From NCBI RefSeq assembly GCF_036321535.1, contig NC_087447.1, positions 34,040,001 to 34,104,000 on the forward strand: a stretch of DNA of 64,000 nt. Direction: 5' to 3'. The notes below the pieces were generated by a model that made no database searches, had not been told where the DNA came from, and saw only the letters and a program-made list of their open reading frames with translations. The first letter of the stretch is position 1, and every line of letters begins with the position of its first letter. Made by a program: the position numbers and the translations under genes. The stretch is from Camelus dromedarius. Taxonomy: Eukaryota. Positions 40,809-52,580 of the stretch are shown here, piece after piece.

Positions 40809-40834
40809 CTTGTAAGGTTCCTAGGCCAGAGCAT
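40809..40834 (-). CDS. NAV2: Probable alternative first coding exon of a short NAV2 isoform: MLWPRNLT(S)
   Basis: ATG CTC TGG CCT AGG AAC CTT ACA AG|gtagga ends in phase 2, matching the phase-2 acceptor at 27888 and giving MLWPRNLT-S-WDDSS. Purine at -3. Confidence 0.75.
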
Positions 40835-41760
40835 TTCACTACATTGTGGTCCTTAGAGAAAGCAGACAAAGAAGCTGAATGAATCTCACGATGGCAACTC
40901 CGTCAGCCAGTCAGCCAGCCAGCCAGCCAGCCAAGTCAGCCCACGTCGGGGCCAGGGAATCCCAGGCACCAAGTAACTCTGCTACTAAAGTACCAGCTAG
41001 AAGGGGATCGCCATTCCCAGCCCAGGAAAGAAACCGGATCCACCAACAAAATTAACCCCTCAAGTGCTGAAGAAGTGAGAGGTCAGGCGTGAGTGCTAGT
41101 ATCAAGTCAGCTGTGAAAAGTTTCAGCAAAGCAAAAGCTAACACCAAACTCGGAAACTGTTACCGTAAAACACCTAGTGGGAGAGCCCTCGATATGGTCC
41201 CAAGGGAGTCTGTAATAGCTGGGCAAGCTGAATAAAATTTAGGCGTGAAAAATATTCTAAACCCCTGTGGACTGTACTAAAATGTTGGAAAAAGTCTTTT
41301 CAGCCAAAACTGCTACTATTAACAATGACACAGAAGTCACTGACGGTAACATTTCTTGGCTAATGCCATCAACAACTGAATGCAAAAGCATTTGATTGAA
41401 TGATCAGCCTACAGAGATACCTATTTGTACAGTTAACAATGACGTACATTATTTTTGGTGATGTCGATTTTGATGCAGTGCCAGCAAAAATACGCATTAT
41501 TTCTTCATGCTTTTTTTTTTTTTAAGGAAGCTCGCTCTATGCATGACTACTTTAAACACTATGGTACAGAGCCTGGGAGGGGAGGTGGGATGGGGGGGGG
41601 TCAGTCCTGGGATGGGAAGGGGTTGCACCGGACTAATCCCTATTAAAACCTGTAATCAAGGAATTCAGAAGGAACTATGTAAACAGATGCTGTGAACAAT
41701 GAACAACGGTTTTACTACTGAGAATTCAAAAGCAAAATGATGTTACAGCCACAAGCTTTT
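40835..41760 (-). promoter_or_regulatory. NAV2: Putative internal promoter / 5'UTR of a short NAV2 isoform
   Basis: Unique sequence with no recognisable interspersed repeat upstream of the alternative ATG. AACAAT SOX-type motifs at 41321, 41435 and 41695, CRE-like TGACGTA at 41440, and a candidate donor CG|gtaaca at 41164/41163. Confidence 0.5.
40904..40933. repeat. (CAGC)n tetranucleotide repeat in the putative 5'UTR of the alternative first exon
   Basis: cagccagtcagccagccagccagccagcca. Confidence 0.85.
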
Positions 41761-42679
41761 ATTTCAAAATGAAGGAGGATTAAGATGGTCTCTAAAACCC
41801 CTAGTCCCTCTCCAAAAATCCTTCCAGTGGGTTCCCGGCAGCTTTGAAAGACTCTGTGAGAAAGACTCCCCCTGGCCTGGGCTGCCTCTCCAATCTGACG
41901 GGGGAGTAGGGGGTCGTGTGTGTATCTGTGTGTGTGTGTTTCTGTGTGTGTCTGTGTGTCGTTTGGGGGATGGGGGCTAGGGGAAGAAGCAATAACTGGC
42001 CCCAAGCAAGGTCTCTGTGTGGTCAACCTTTGCTCAGCAAACAGAAGCCTTTCAAAGGGGAAACGAAGAGCCAGTCCTCCCCCACCCAAAAGGGGGCAAA
42101 TAAAAGGTCAGCTAAGAGAGGAAGCCAGGGTCTAGTGGGGCTTCCCAGGTGAATGAAAAAGCAAATGTGTCCAGGAGCAGAGACTGTAATCTTGCAGGAG
42201 TCCCAACCAAAGTTAATCATTCACATCTCACCCCTCAGGGCCCACCCCCAGGTGAAAAACTGCAACCAGCATCTGCAGGGGGGAGCCGGAGGCAGGTGAG
42301 TGCAGGGGTTAGTTCAGGGGAGGCCAGTGTGGCCCAGATTTATTGAGACAAAGTCAGTAGGGACCCAAGCTCCACTGACAAAGGTGCTTTAAACCATTCC
42401 TCTTACCTTCTACACTGTCTTGGGAACTGAATTTATCTTTACAATAGGACTTGTTTGAGAATCTGGCTGACCTCGGGGTTAATTTGGGTGGAATGACTAT
42501 GTACATGGAGACATAGGTACATAAACACATACGTACAAATGCATATATATACATACGCACACACATATATACACACATATAAAAAATTTTCACTGTTTGC
42601 TGTAGTTGTTCCTTGTCTTAAGCAAATATAATATGTAAAAATCCACATTCACTGTCAAGATAACCAAAAGATGTCTATT

Positions 42680-43215
42680 TATTCATTTATTTGTTCATCC
42701 AAACAACCAATATTTACTGAACACCCCCTATACAAGGGTCAATGAAACAGATAAAAAGTTCCTTACTCTAATAGAACTTGCAGTTAAGTGGTAGAACTAC
42801 AAAATAGATGGGGCAAAATGTAAATTATACAGTATATTATCAAGATAAATGCTAAGGAGATAAAGTAATGCAGAGAAGGGGCTGTGATTTGTCAAGGAGA
42901 GGTGTCCGAAATTTTATACAGGGTGACCGGGGAAGGCCTGCAGAAGGGATGATTACTACAGATCTGAAAGAAGTGTGGGGGCTGGTTAGGTGAGTATCTG
43001 GAGGTAAGAGCCTTCCAAGAGAGGAAAAGGTCAGTGCAAAGGTCCTGAGACAGGATCCAACTTGTACATTCATTCCGAGAACCTGGAGCCCAGTGTGGCT
43101 GGAGCAGAGAAAAGGGAACCTAGCAGGTCAGGTCAGAGGGCTGAAGGGAGGGAGGAGGATGCCTGAGGAGAGTCCAGCAAGCTGCCGTAAGCATCTTGTG
43201 TTTTACTCTAAGAGA
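42680..43215 (-). mobile_element. LINE-2 fragment
   Basis: attcatttat..caatatttactgaacac...ggaaggcct...cagtgcaaaggtcctgag...cagtgtggctggagcagag. Confidence 0.7.
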
Positions 43216-43999
43216 GGATGCATCAGAGGGTGAATAATGGAATTTCTCCCTGCATAAAAGTTCATGTAAATATCCTTCAACACTAAATATATAATTTTGA
43301 TTATGCACAATTTCCTCAAGGGTGACATTATTACACAAGACAATGCAGTTTAAAAGGGTCTCAGTCCTTTCCCTGTGGTTAAAAGGATCACGTCATTAAT
43401 ATGAAACACTCTGAATTCTTTGCAGCTAAAGGTTCAATTTTAGCTAGTGCTTTTCCATGCTCTGAAAGGCAACAACCAGTGTGGCTAAGAGATTCAACAA
43501 CAGGAGGAGATAAAAAAAAAAGGAAGGGAGGTCAACCAACTCTCTGAGGGCAGATGCCCTTTGGCTCTTTTCAAAGAGCCAATCTTCCCCTGTCATTTTT
43601 GACCCTGGTTTCCAAACAGGCCAAATTCCAAAGACCTTCTAGAACTCATAACATTTTTCTCCATAGAAACAATGTTATCAGTGATGTCAAGACCCTCAGG
43701 TTAACACACAGAGCTTCTTTTCTTTCTTTAAAGAAAAATAGCTGATTAACTCTACCCAGGTATCAAAGAGTAGATTAAAACTTTATTCTTAGAGTACAGT
43801 ATGTAATTAGAGAAAACAGAAAACCACTGAAGTGAACCTAAGGAGGTGCTGACTTACTTCTAATGAGCACTCTTATGAAATAATGCTAATGATGATACTA
43901 TGTTCCTTCTCCGCCAGCATCATCCATTTCCCTCTTTTTACTGGCTCTGTCCCATAGCCAAGAAATAGATCATCTGTTTTATCAAGTAAAACAAACTGT

Positions 44000-45365
44000 T
44001 CTTTAACCCCATGTCCATATTCTCCTCCATGACCACACTAGACTTTGCTCCACGTTACAGCAGAACACCTCAAACGAGCTGACTATACTCCAAACTCCTA
44101 AGACCCATTCCCTCCTCAACCCATCAGTCAGACTTGTGCCCCCATGACTCCACTGAAACTATGTTTTGTTTCTCCCAAGAACATCACTGGCTTAATTCTT
44201 GTCGAAGTCAATGGTCCTTATTCAACCTGCCTCTTCAGCTGCATGGAGCCTGGCTGGTAGATTCTTCTTTCTTGAATGGGTCTCTTCTTGGGTTTCCATG
44301 CCATCATCTGCACCTGGTTTCTTCCTGCCTCACTGGCTGTGCCTCTCTGTCCCTTGGCTCAACCTCCTCCTCTCCAGACCTCTAGGGTTCTGACTCTTCT
44401 CCCCTCTCTTTTCCTATGAGATCTCATCCATGGCTTCAAATACTAGATAGAAACAAACAACTCTGAACTTTGCTCCTCTAGCCTGGCCCCCTTTACGTAC
44501 TCAACACATCTCAAATCTAATGCACCTTATACAAAACTGTTTCCAACTTCCAATTTGTGTGCACCGCACTCTCAAAGTCCTCCCTATCCCAGTCAATGTA
44601 CAATTATCCATCAGCCATCCTTAATTCTCTCTTTCCTTCTTGCCACCTATATAATTCATTAACAAGTCCTTTTGGCTGTACTTCTCCAATACATGTTGAA
44701 CCTGATCACTGTTCAGCACCTACAGTAAGTTAACCTTGGTCCGAGCCACCATTATTTCTCTCCTACAAGAGCCACCTCCCTGACTGCTCAGCCTTCCTTC
44801 TTGCCCTGCGAGGATCCATCATCCACACAGCAGTGACGATGATCTTTCTCAAGTTTATAACAGATCAAGTTACCTTTCTGCCTAACACCCTCCAACAGCT
44901 TCCCAGGGAACTTAGAGTAAAATCCAAATTCATTAGAATAAAATCCCAATTTGATCCCTTGGTCTAAAAGGGATCTGACTCCTGCCCACTCCCCCTCTGC
45001 CCCTCTCCTTCACTTTGGTCAAGTGTAGGGCTCATCTGGGCCCTGGAACATACCAGGCCTCTTCCTATTCCATAGGCCCTGCGCTGATTTCCATTTGCCT
45101 GGAATGCTCTCCCCCACATCTCTCCACAGCTGCCTCCCGCTCATGGTTCAGGTCTTGGTTGGAATGTCACCTCCTCCGGATTCCCCCTGACTCTGGCCCA
45201 GTTACTTTCTACCCCATGATACTTCATGGTACTCATCATTTGTCTTTTCCTTTGGAGGGGGTGTTATTATCTGTATTAAAAAAAAAAAAAAGTAATAATA
45301 CCACTAAACTCCTTGAGGGCAGGAATGCTGTCTGCTTTTGTTCTTCGAGATCTCCTCCCAGTGCC
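44000..45365 (+). mobile_element. LINE-2 fragment (long, degenerate)
   Basis: Pyrimidine-rich L2-like blocks (tccactgaaact, ccatggcttcaaatac, ccacacagcag..gatcttt, tgcctggaatgctctccc, aaactccttgagggcagg). Confidence 0.7.
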
Positions 45366-45473
45366 TTGGGCACCGACCCTGTGGTCCTGGACCAGCTGGG
45401 TGTGAGAGGACGAAACAGTGAACTGAACCTTCTGTGCAGTCTCCTGGGGACTTCTGGAAGTCAAGGACTTTAA

Positions 45474-45650
45474 CTCGGTGGTTCTTAATCTTTTGTTTGG
45501 TCACAGACCCATTTGAGAACTGATATAAATCCAGATCTGTTTCTCTGTTTAAAAAAAAAAAATGTATGCTGACACCATGTGGCACACAGTTTCAGGGATT
45601 CGCTAACCCCCTGAAGCCTGTTCCTAAACCCCAGGTTAGAGGGAAGCTGC
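45474..45650. mobile_element. Non-autonomous hAT-Charlie-type DNA transposon remnant (subfamily uncertain)
   Basis: Ends resemble degenerate TIRs (cggtggttcttaatc ... ccaggttagagggaagctg). Internal tcacagacccatttgagaa and ccccctgaagcc. Confidence 0.55.
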
Positions 45651-46124
45651 TTTAAAGGTTTATGGCGCTGACTTCATACTAGGTCTAGTTTCACTTTCAT
45701 ACTGTCACCTTGTTTCCTTAATTCAGGAGCCAGCCTGATGTTCTTCTGGGTTGCTTTCTTCTGGCTTGCTAACAACAGAACAAGGACAGAAAAGAAGAAA
45801 GGAAGGTGCTCCTGGAAGGATGAACGAGAAAGGGAAGATAAGGGGTTAAAAGAAGACCTGTGAAAATGAGAAGCATTGCATTGCCCGCCATGGAATTTTA
45901 CTGAAGGGGAGAAAAACTCCAGGGGCCTTCAGCAAAGCCTTCCAAGCATCGGAGTTAACGCGAGGGAGTTTGTGAGCTTTAACAAAAGTTATAAGGCGCT
46001 GGGTAGCTTTGTGGTAGAACATTCAACAATTAGCCACTTCGGGCCTAACCTGCGCTGGACTCCAGACCGGGCACTGGGGGTGAAAGGGTGAGGAGAAGAA
46101 AACGGCCAGCCCTGGCTGATGGAG

Positions 46125-46172
46125 CTCCTTCCTCAGAGCAGACAAACTCTCTTTCCTCAGAGCAGACAAACT
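46125..46172. repeat. 2 x 24-bp tandem duplication
   Basis: ctc(c/t)ttcctcagagcagacaaact repeated twice, 23/24 identical. Confidence 0.9.
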
Positions 46173-49100
46173 CGGAAAGTCATTCTGGATGCTGCGGTGA
46201 AAGCGATGAAGGAAGCAAACGGGGTGCAGGGAAGGAGCGTCCCAGGAGGCTTTAAATAGAGAGATCAGGAAAGGCATCTCTGGAAGTGACTTTAAGCTAA
46301 GCCGCGATGGATGATAGGGAGTCAGCCATCCAGGAGGGTAGCCAGGTGTTCCAGGCAGAGTGCACGTTCTGTGCAAAGGCCAGAGGGAGGGAATAGCTGT
46401 GTGTTTTAGCTGTGAGCTGAAGAGGGGCTAACTGTGCTTAGAGCCTTGGTGGGGGGTGTTAATGGGAAAAAAAAAGTCCACCCTCTGGAGAACTCCCAAC
46501 CCGTTAGTAACAGGTGATCAGGTGCGGTACTGATGAATGAGCTCGGGGGATGCTGTCAGTGTGCCTCTGCAGCCCCATCTCCCCAGTTCTTTCTTGGGGC
46601 TCAGGACCAATCAGATAAGTAAGAAGCCCCCCTTTCCTGTTGAGGTGCTTATGCAGAGTCTCTGCTTCCACATGGTCCTGGCCTGGCTTATTCTTTACAT
46701 TTATAGATTGTGAGTGCCCCACTCCCTCTCAGTGAGGAGGCAGTACTGTCCTCCAATCTTATTACAAAGACAGAATGAGCTGCATTTCAGAGTCAGATGT
46801 TTAATCTCGTGGGGCTGTAGTTTCTGTTACCTTCAGCTGGTTAATTCTTGAGATTGTGGGGAGCCCACACTTGTGGGTTCCCACACGTAAAGGCATACAC
46901 GTACTCCTCCATCTCTAAACAAAAAGCTTTATTCATCAGGACGAGTATTCAATCTGTTATCCGTGTTTACTCCCCTCCAATTCTGAATCTGAAACCAGAG
47001 GCACGTTAATGAAGCCTTGGACAGAGGAGGCTGGAGAACACGGCCGGGTGCCAGCATCTTCCGCCTAAAATCACAAACCCAGGCTTTCCGTCCTCAACCC
47101 AGCATCACTGATGCCTTTTCTAACAGGGCACCACTCAGTCACAAATCAACTCCAAAATGCAGCACTTCCAACGAAGCACACGTGAGGCCAAAGTTATTTT
47201 CAATAACAATAATTCAGATTCATAGACTTTACCGACTAAAAATCTCATCTCATTTAATTCCCACAACTGGGCCAACATGTATTATTATCCTTATGTTATA
47301 GAAAACCAAACTGGAACTCAGAGACTCTAGATGTCTTGCTCATAGTCCACAACTACTAAGGAACAGACCGAAGCTCATGCCTTCAGACCCCAAATCCTGT
47401 TCAGTTTCCACAACTCCACGTGCTTAGAGTGGTGAACGTTTCCAGGTCACTACGCCAACAGATGCCACTAAGACATTTAGTAGGCCAGGGACACTAAGAG
47501 GTTACCCCCAAGTCCTTTAGTTGCTTCTAATACTTTTGGACTAAGTCTAGTTTAGATCCACTCTTTTACCAAATTCCATGATATCATGGCTTCTACTACA
47601 TTCCCAGTGACTGTTTTCTTTAATATATTGGGTGCATGCTGACTTTTATGGGCCAGGCATTGTGCTGGGGAAACAGCAGATGCAAAAGAGAAAAGGTCTC
47701 TCTCTCTTTCCTTGTGGAGCTTATAGTCATGGGGGAGTCAGGCAAATAAAAAACAAATATATTTAATTGCAAACCATAAGACAGGCCACGAAGGGACAGC
47801 AAGCAGTGGGAGCACCGCAGAGGGGAGAAGAGAAGATCACTGCTTAGAAAGTCAGAAAAATCTGTGCCCAGGCTGTCTGTACAGGAAAGCTGTGCAATGC
47901 TGAAAGTTGACAATTTGGTGAAAACTTAAAAATTTGTGTCTAGGTACAGCTTTCCACATAACAATACAATCTAGATTATCCCATAAAACCCCATCCCAAA
48001 CACTCTATGCTAACGACAGCCACAAAGATTCCTGCCCTTGTCCCCATGGAACAACAGCAGATTAGAAAGTTAGTCCATCTGGTGTTTAGGGAACAATTTA
48101 GAGCTAGGCCTTCCTGCATCTTTGATCATGGTAATAAACCTGGTTATTTAGGAGAAAATAGTTAAAAAAAAAAAAAAAAAAACCCAGAGGCAAATCCACG
48201 TGGCAATTTGTCCTTTTGAAAAACAAAAAATCCAAGGAAACTTAAAATAATACCATTGGCTATAAGGAGTCGTATTTTGATGATGGTGTTGTGGGTGCAG
48301 GGGGAGAATCCTAAGAGTGCAAATATTTATTTTTGCATCTGGACTATTATCCGTCTCTATGAAGATGGATGGGTAATGAACAAAATGTTTCAAAGCCACA
48401 CTTTGGCCTTTGATCACGTGGTTCCAGCTGCAAGGACATCCTTGAGCGTGTCAACTGCAGGATGAGATAATGAGGCGGGGAGAGACTGGAGAGAAAACAT
48501 GTGGGTTCTAATCACGGGCAGCCTTGAGCCGGCTGTGATCTAAGCCAGCAGGTGGGGGACTCCAGCGTCACTTTACTCCATGCACCCGAAGTGCTCCCAC
48601 TGGCCCCAGGGCATGCAGCTCTCATGCCAGCGGAGAAAACACTGATGGGGGCCGGTTCAGCCGAATCACTTCCTTACTGTGGCTCTTGGATGGCTTGTCT
48701 TCAGTGTGCGGCCTGCCACCACAGAGGTTCTCTGAGACCCCTCCCAGCATAAATGCTTTGTAAGTCTACACCCCTAGATCCCCCACTGAAATCCCTTTTC
48801 AAAAGAAAATTCATCTGCCTTGTGAATTTGATTCACGGTCCGGTCCGTTTGTGCCCTGCTGGGAGTGGCCCCTGAATTTACTGCAGACCTCCAAGGTGGC
48901 AGGTGTTGTATCCAACGCTGCAAATACCTCATCCCCCAGAACCCTTCCTACAACCCTGAGTCTCTTGTAAGAAAAGCTGTCCTCTACCTTAGCTTGGTAT
49001 CTCACTGTTCCCCTTCTGAGTTTATAAAATAGCTTCACAGTCTCTAAACCACAGTCTTGACTAAGTCAAAGGGGGAAAAGAAAAGTTTGGCAAAGAGCCC

Positions 49101-50484
49101 AACTCATTTTAGGTACTTGCCTAGCGGGGAGGCTAGCTGAAAAGTTACAGACTGGTTAAGAATTAAACTCCTTCCATTTGACTATCAGTCTCTAACAGAA
49201 AAACTTCTGAATAAGGGTAGTGAAATAAAACAGGGTGACTAGCACACAATAAGTGCTTACAAATCTTGCTACGGGTACTGAAAACCAACTGTGTGCCACG
49301 GGTGTTCACTGTTGCTATCAAAGCTCACGCTACTTCAGCAAGATAGATCTGATTATCCCCGACTCACAGGTGATGCACACCTCCAGGAGGTGAGGTAAGC
49401 TTCTCAAGGGCACACAGCTAGTAAGTGCTAAAGAACAGATCAGCATTCTTCTTGGGATTTTTAAGCTCTCCTTCTTAATGGGTTCTTACTGTGGTGGTTA
49501 TTGTGCTAAATTCTCCAGTCTTATTTTATCCTTTTGACATTCTCTATGTAGAAGACATTATCCCCTATGTACTAAGTATTATTATCCCTAATACACATGA
49601 GGATATTAAGAAGCAGTGGGTTAAGTAACTTGCCCAAGGCCACACTGCCGCTAAGACCCTACTAAGCGAGCCCATCACTGAAACCACACTCATCACCTCT
49701 GAATTTTGGCCTTGAGCCTGGTAACTTGACACACCGGGGACAATTTTCTTCACCTCACCAGGAGCGACTTCACTGGTCGAGCGTTAAGACTGCACTGTCA
49801 CAACCTAAATTCTGGGGTCCTTTACTGCTTCCCTCCCTCTCTGCCTCTCTATGGGAGGAGTTGACTCTAAGGATAGATAACATCACGGTAGATCCCAGTT
49901 CTGTACTTTCATTCAAGTTCACAGAGGAACATAAAAACTCTCACTCGATTCAGAGCATAGTGCAAACTGACAATGAATTTGTAGGGTCAGCTGCAGGCAG
50001 CTAGTGGGACCTAGACAGAAACTCCATTCTTTAGCCAAAACTCTCCCAAATATGGTACCACGAACAATGGAGTGTGGACACAACAAGGGTGTGAATGGTT
50101 CAGGGTGGCCCCATCACCAGGAGCCAGGACATACTCAAGACTATGTTCTCCTAACAGTGCCTAACAGCTTCATCTCCACACACACAGATGTCAGGATTAT
50201 CAGCAAAATATAGAATAGAGGCTTTATTTGCAGCCCATGCTAGTGTGCATACATTAGCTCCAAGAATGGTCTTTCCATTGTTGTTTATAATAACAAAAGG
50301 AGTGGAACACCCTGAATAACCCCCAGTGGGGAAAGAGATAATCAAATTGTGCCTCTTCTATAGATCGGACATCTGCGTGCCCATCAGAAATGATGCTGAT
50401 GGATCCTGATATTAAAAGATGCTCACGCTACAGTGTCAAACGACAAAAGTAGATGATAAAATGCTTTCCATTTTTTTAGAGATT

Positions 50485-50700
50485 ATATAGTGTAGCAGTT
50501 AAAAGGAAGGACTATGGAGTCACAACCCCTAGCTCTGCTACTTGCAGCTGCCCGACTTTGGACATGTTACTTAAGCAATAGACATCTCAGCTCCATCACC
50601 TGTATGATGGGTTCTTACTCCTAGAGTTACTGTCAATATTATGTGAATCAATACATGTAAAGAGCGTAGAACAGTGCCTGGCTCATAGCAAGGGTTCAAG
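50485..50700 (+). mobile_element. MIR SINE flanked by old L1M-like sequence
   Basis: tatagtgtagcagttaaaag...ctctgctacttgcagctg...gttacttaa...tacatgtaaagagcgtagaacagtgcctggctcatag. Confidence 0.7.
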
Positions 50701-51615
50701 ACGTTTTTTATTTTTTCAAAATAAAATGTGCTTACATGCATAGAAAAAAGCCCGAAGGGCACCAAGGTGCTGAGCGTGAATCTCACTGGGTCATACTGAT
50801 AGGATGTTTTGCTTTTTCCCTACTGTTTGCTCAATTGCATTTTCTATTTTTCCGTAATAAAACGTGCTTTTTTTTTCCTTTAATAAGAAAGAAAATCACA
50901 TTTAATTTTTTAAAAATCCTAGGCTTTAATGAGAAACAGAAACCTCACCGAAATTTGTTTTTCAAAAACGTTGCAGGTCAGGCCCAGTAATGACAAACCT
51001 GGAGTCTGGAGAAACGGCAGGGTGTTTCCTGTCTTTTCTAGACAGTTCAGTGCCCTAATAACAAGAAAGACTTTGCACCCCAGCATTTTGGTCCTGAAGA
51101 TGCACAGGCAGGGAGAGGAAGAGAGCAGAGAGACAGGAAAGCCTGACTTCATTCGTAGTGATCCACTTAGTTGAAAACGTCAGGAAGTTTAGCGGATTAA
51201 AGGCATTACGGCCGCTATTCATAAAGGTGTGTTGTTAGAACTTCCAAATAGCAATCTGGTGAAATCAGCCTTGCATAGCCTTACATGAAAGCCTGTTACA
51301 GCACTTAAAGTTTCCTAGGGAAGGAAAAAGACCCCAGGTGTTACTTTACCTACAGAGCAGCTGCCTGGAAGATGCTGTAATGTATCCTACGCGGCCAATG
51401 CTATAAAACAGGTTACCAGTCACAGAACTAGGAAGTTTGAGCCCACATCACCCAATGGTAGCACTGTAATGAGCAGGAATGAGAGGCATGTCCGCATTCT
51501 GATAAGAGTCACAGCTGTACACATATTACAGACTTGGGTCCCTTCCTACGAAGTCCAAGGACATTTAAAGCTGCTAGAAGTCAAGGTGCAGAAAGTGGGT
51601 TTGAATTTCAAAATT

Positions 51616-51674
51616 CACACACACACACACACACACACGGGCGTGCGCGCATGCATACACGCACACACACGCAC
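51616..51674. repeat. (CA)n and mixed alternating purine-pyrimidine tract
   Basis: (ca)n-cgg-gcgtgcgcgcatgcatacacgcacacacacgcac. Confidence 0.88.
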
Positions 51675-52189
51675 AAGACCAACCAATCAACCAACAGAAA
51701 ACGTGCCTAATACACTAATCTCACAAATGTACCTGGGATGGGAAGGTCGTGGCAAACTCTGGGGGAAAAAGGAGGCTCACTGTTACTGAGCCCCCATCAG
51801 TATGGCAGACCCTGAGCTATTTAAGTCAATTGACACGAGTTTTCTCATGTCTAGCTTTATACACAGGGCAGTCTTGTAAGGCTCTAAATCAAATACCAGA
51901 GACACAAATTTCATTTTTTCCCACTGTTTCTTATGAGATCATAGAAGATGTCTCAAAAGAGAAGACTTCTTCATAATTAGGGGAAGATGGGATCAAGGTA
52001 AGAAGTCTAAGAGTGGAAAAGAGGTAGGATTTGGATATAGGCAGCCTTGGGAGTGAATTCCGGCTCCCTGAAAAAGCTAATCTGGGTGAGCTGAAACTCG
52101 TCTACCTGCCTGGGCTGTTTCTCATTTGGCCTGGGTAATGATGATATGATGGTGGTAAGACAGATGCACAGAGTTTAGATGAGGTGACA

Positions 52190-52580
52190 GATGATCAGCA
52201 GACATTTATAATATGATGTGTTTGGTGCTATGATAAAGGAAAGTTCTAGGATATTATGGAAGCAAATAAGATGGTCAGCTATCTGGTCCTGGCAGTTGAG
52301 GTGGTTAGAGAAGACTTCCTGGAGGAGGTGACACTGAATGTGGATAAGGGTAAGGATCGGTCTATGGGCAGGACCGAGTAGAGTTGGAAGAGAACACTGT
52401 GGGTCAAAGGAACAGCCTCTGCAAAGTCTATAAAACAAGAGAGAGGGTAGTTTGGGGGAATAGTTAGGAGACCAGTGTGGATGCAGAAAGGGGAAGAGGG
52501 GCAGGAAATAATGGGGGCCAGATCTCGAAGTAAGCCTTGTAACAAGAGTTTGAACTTGATCCTGAGAGGGACTGGGAAGC
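52190..52580 (-). mobile_element. LINE-2 fragment
   Basis: agaagacttcctggaggaggtgacactga...ggaacagcctctgcaaag...gggccagatc...gagtttgaacttgatcctgagagg. Confidence 0.65.
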
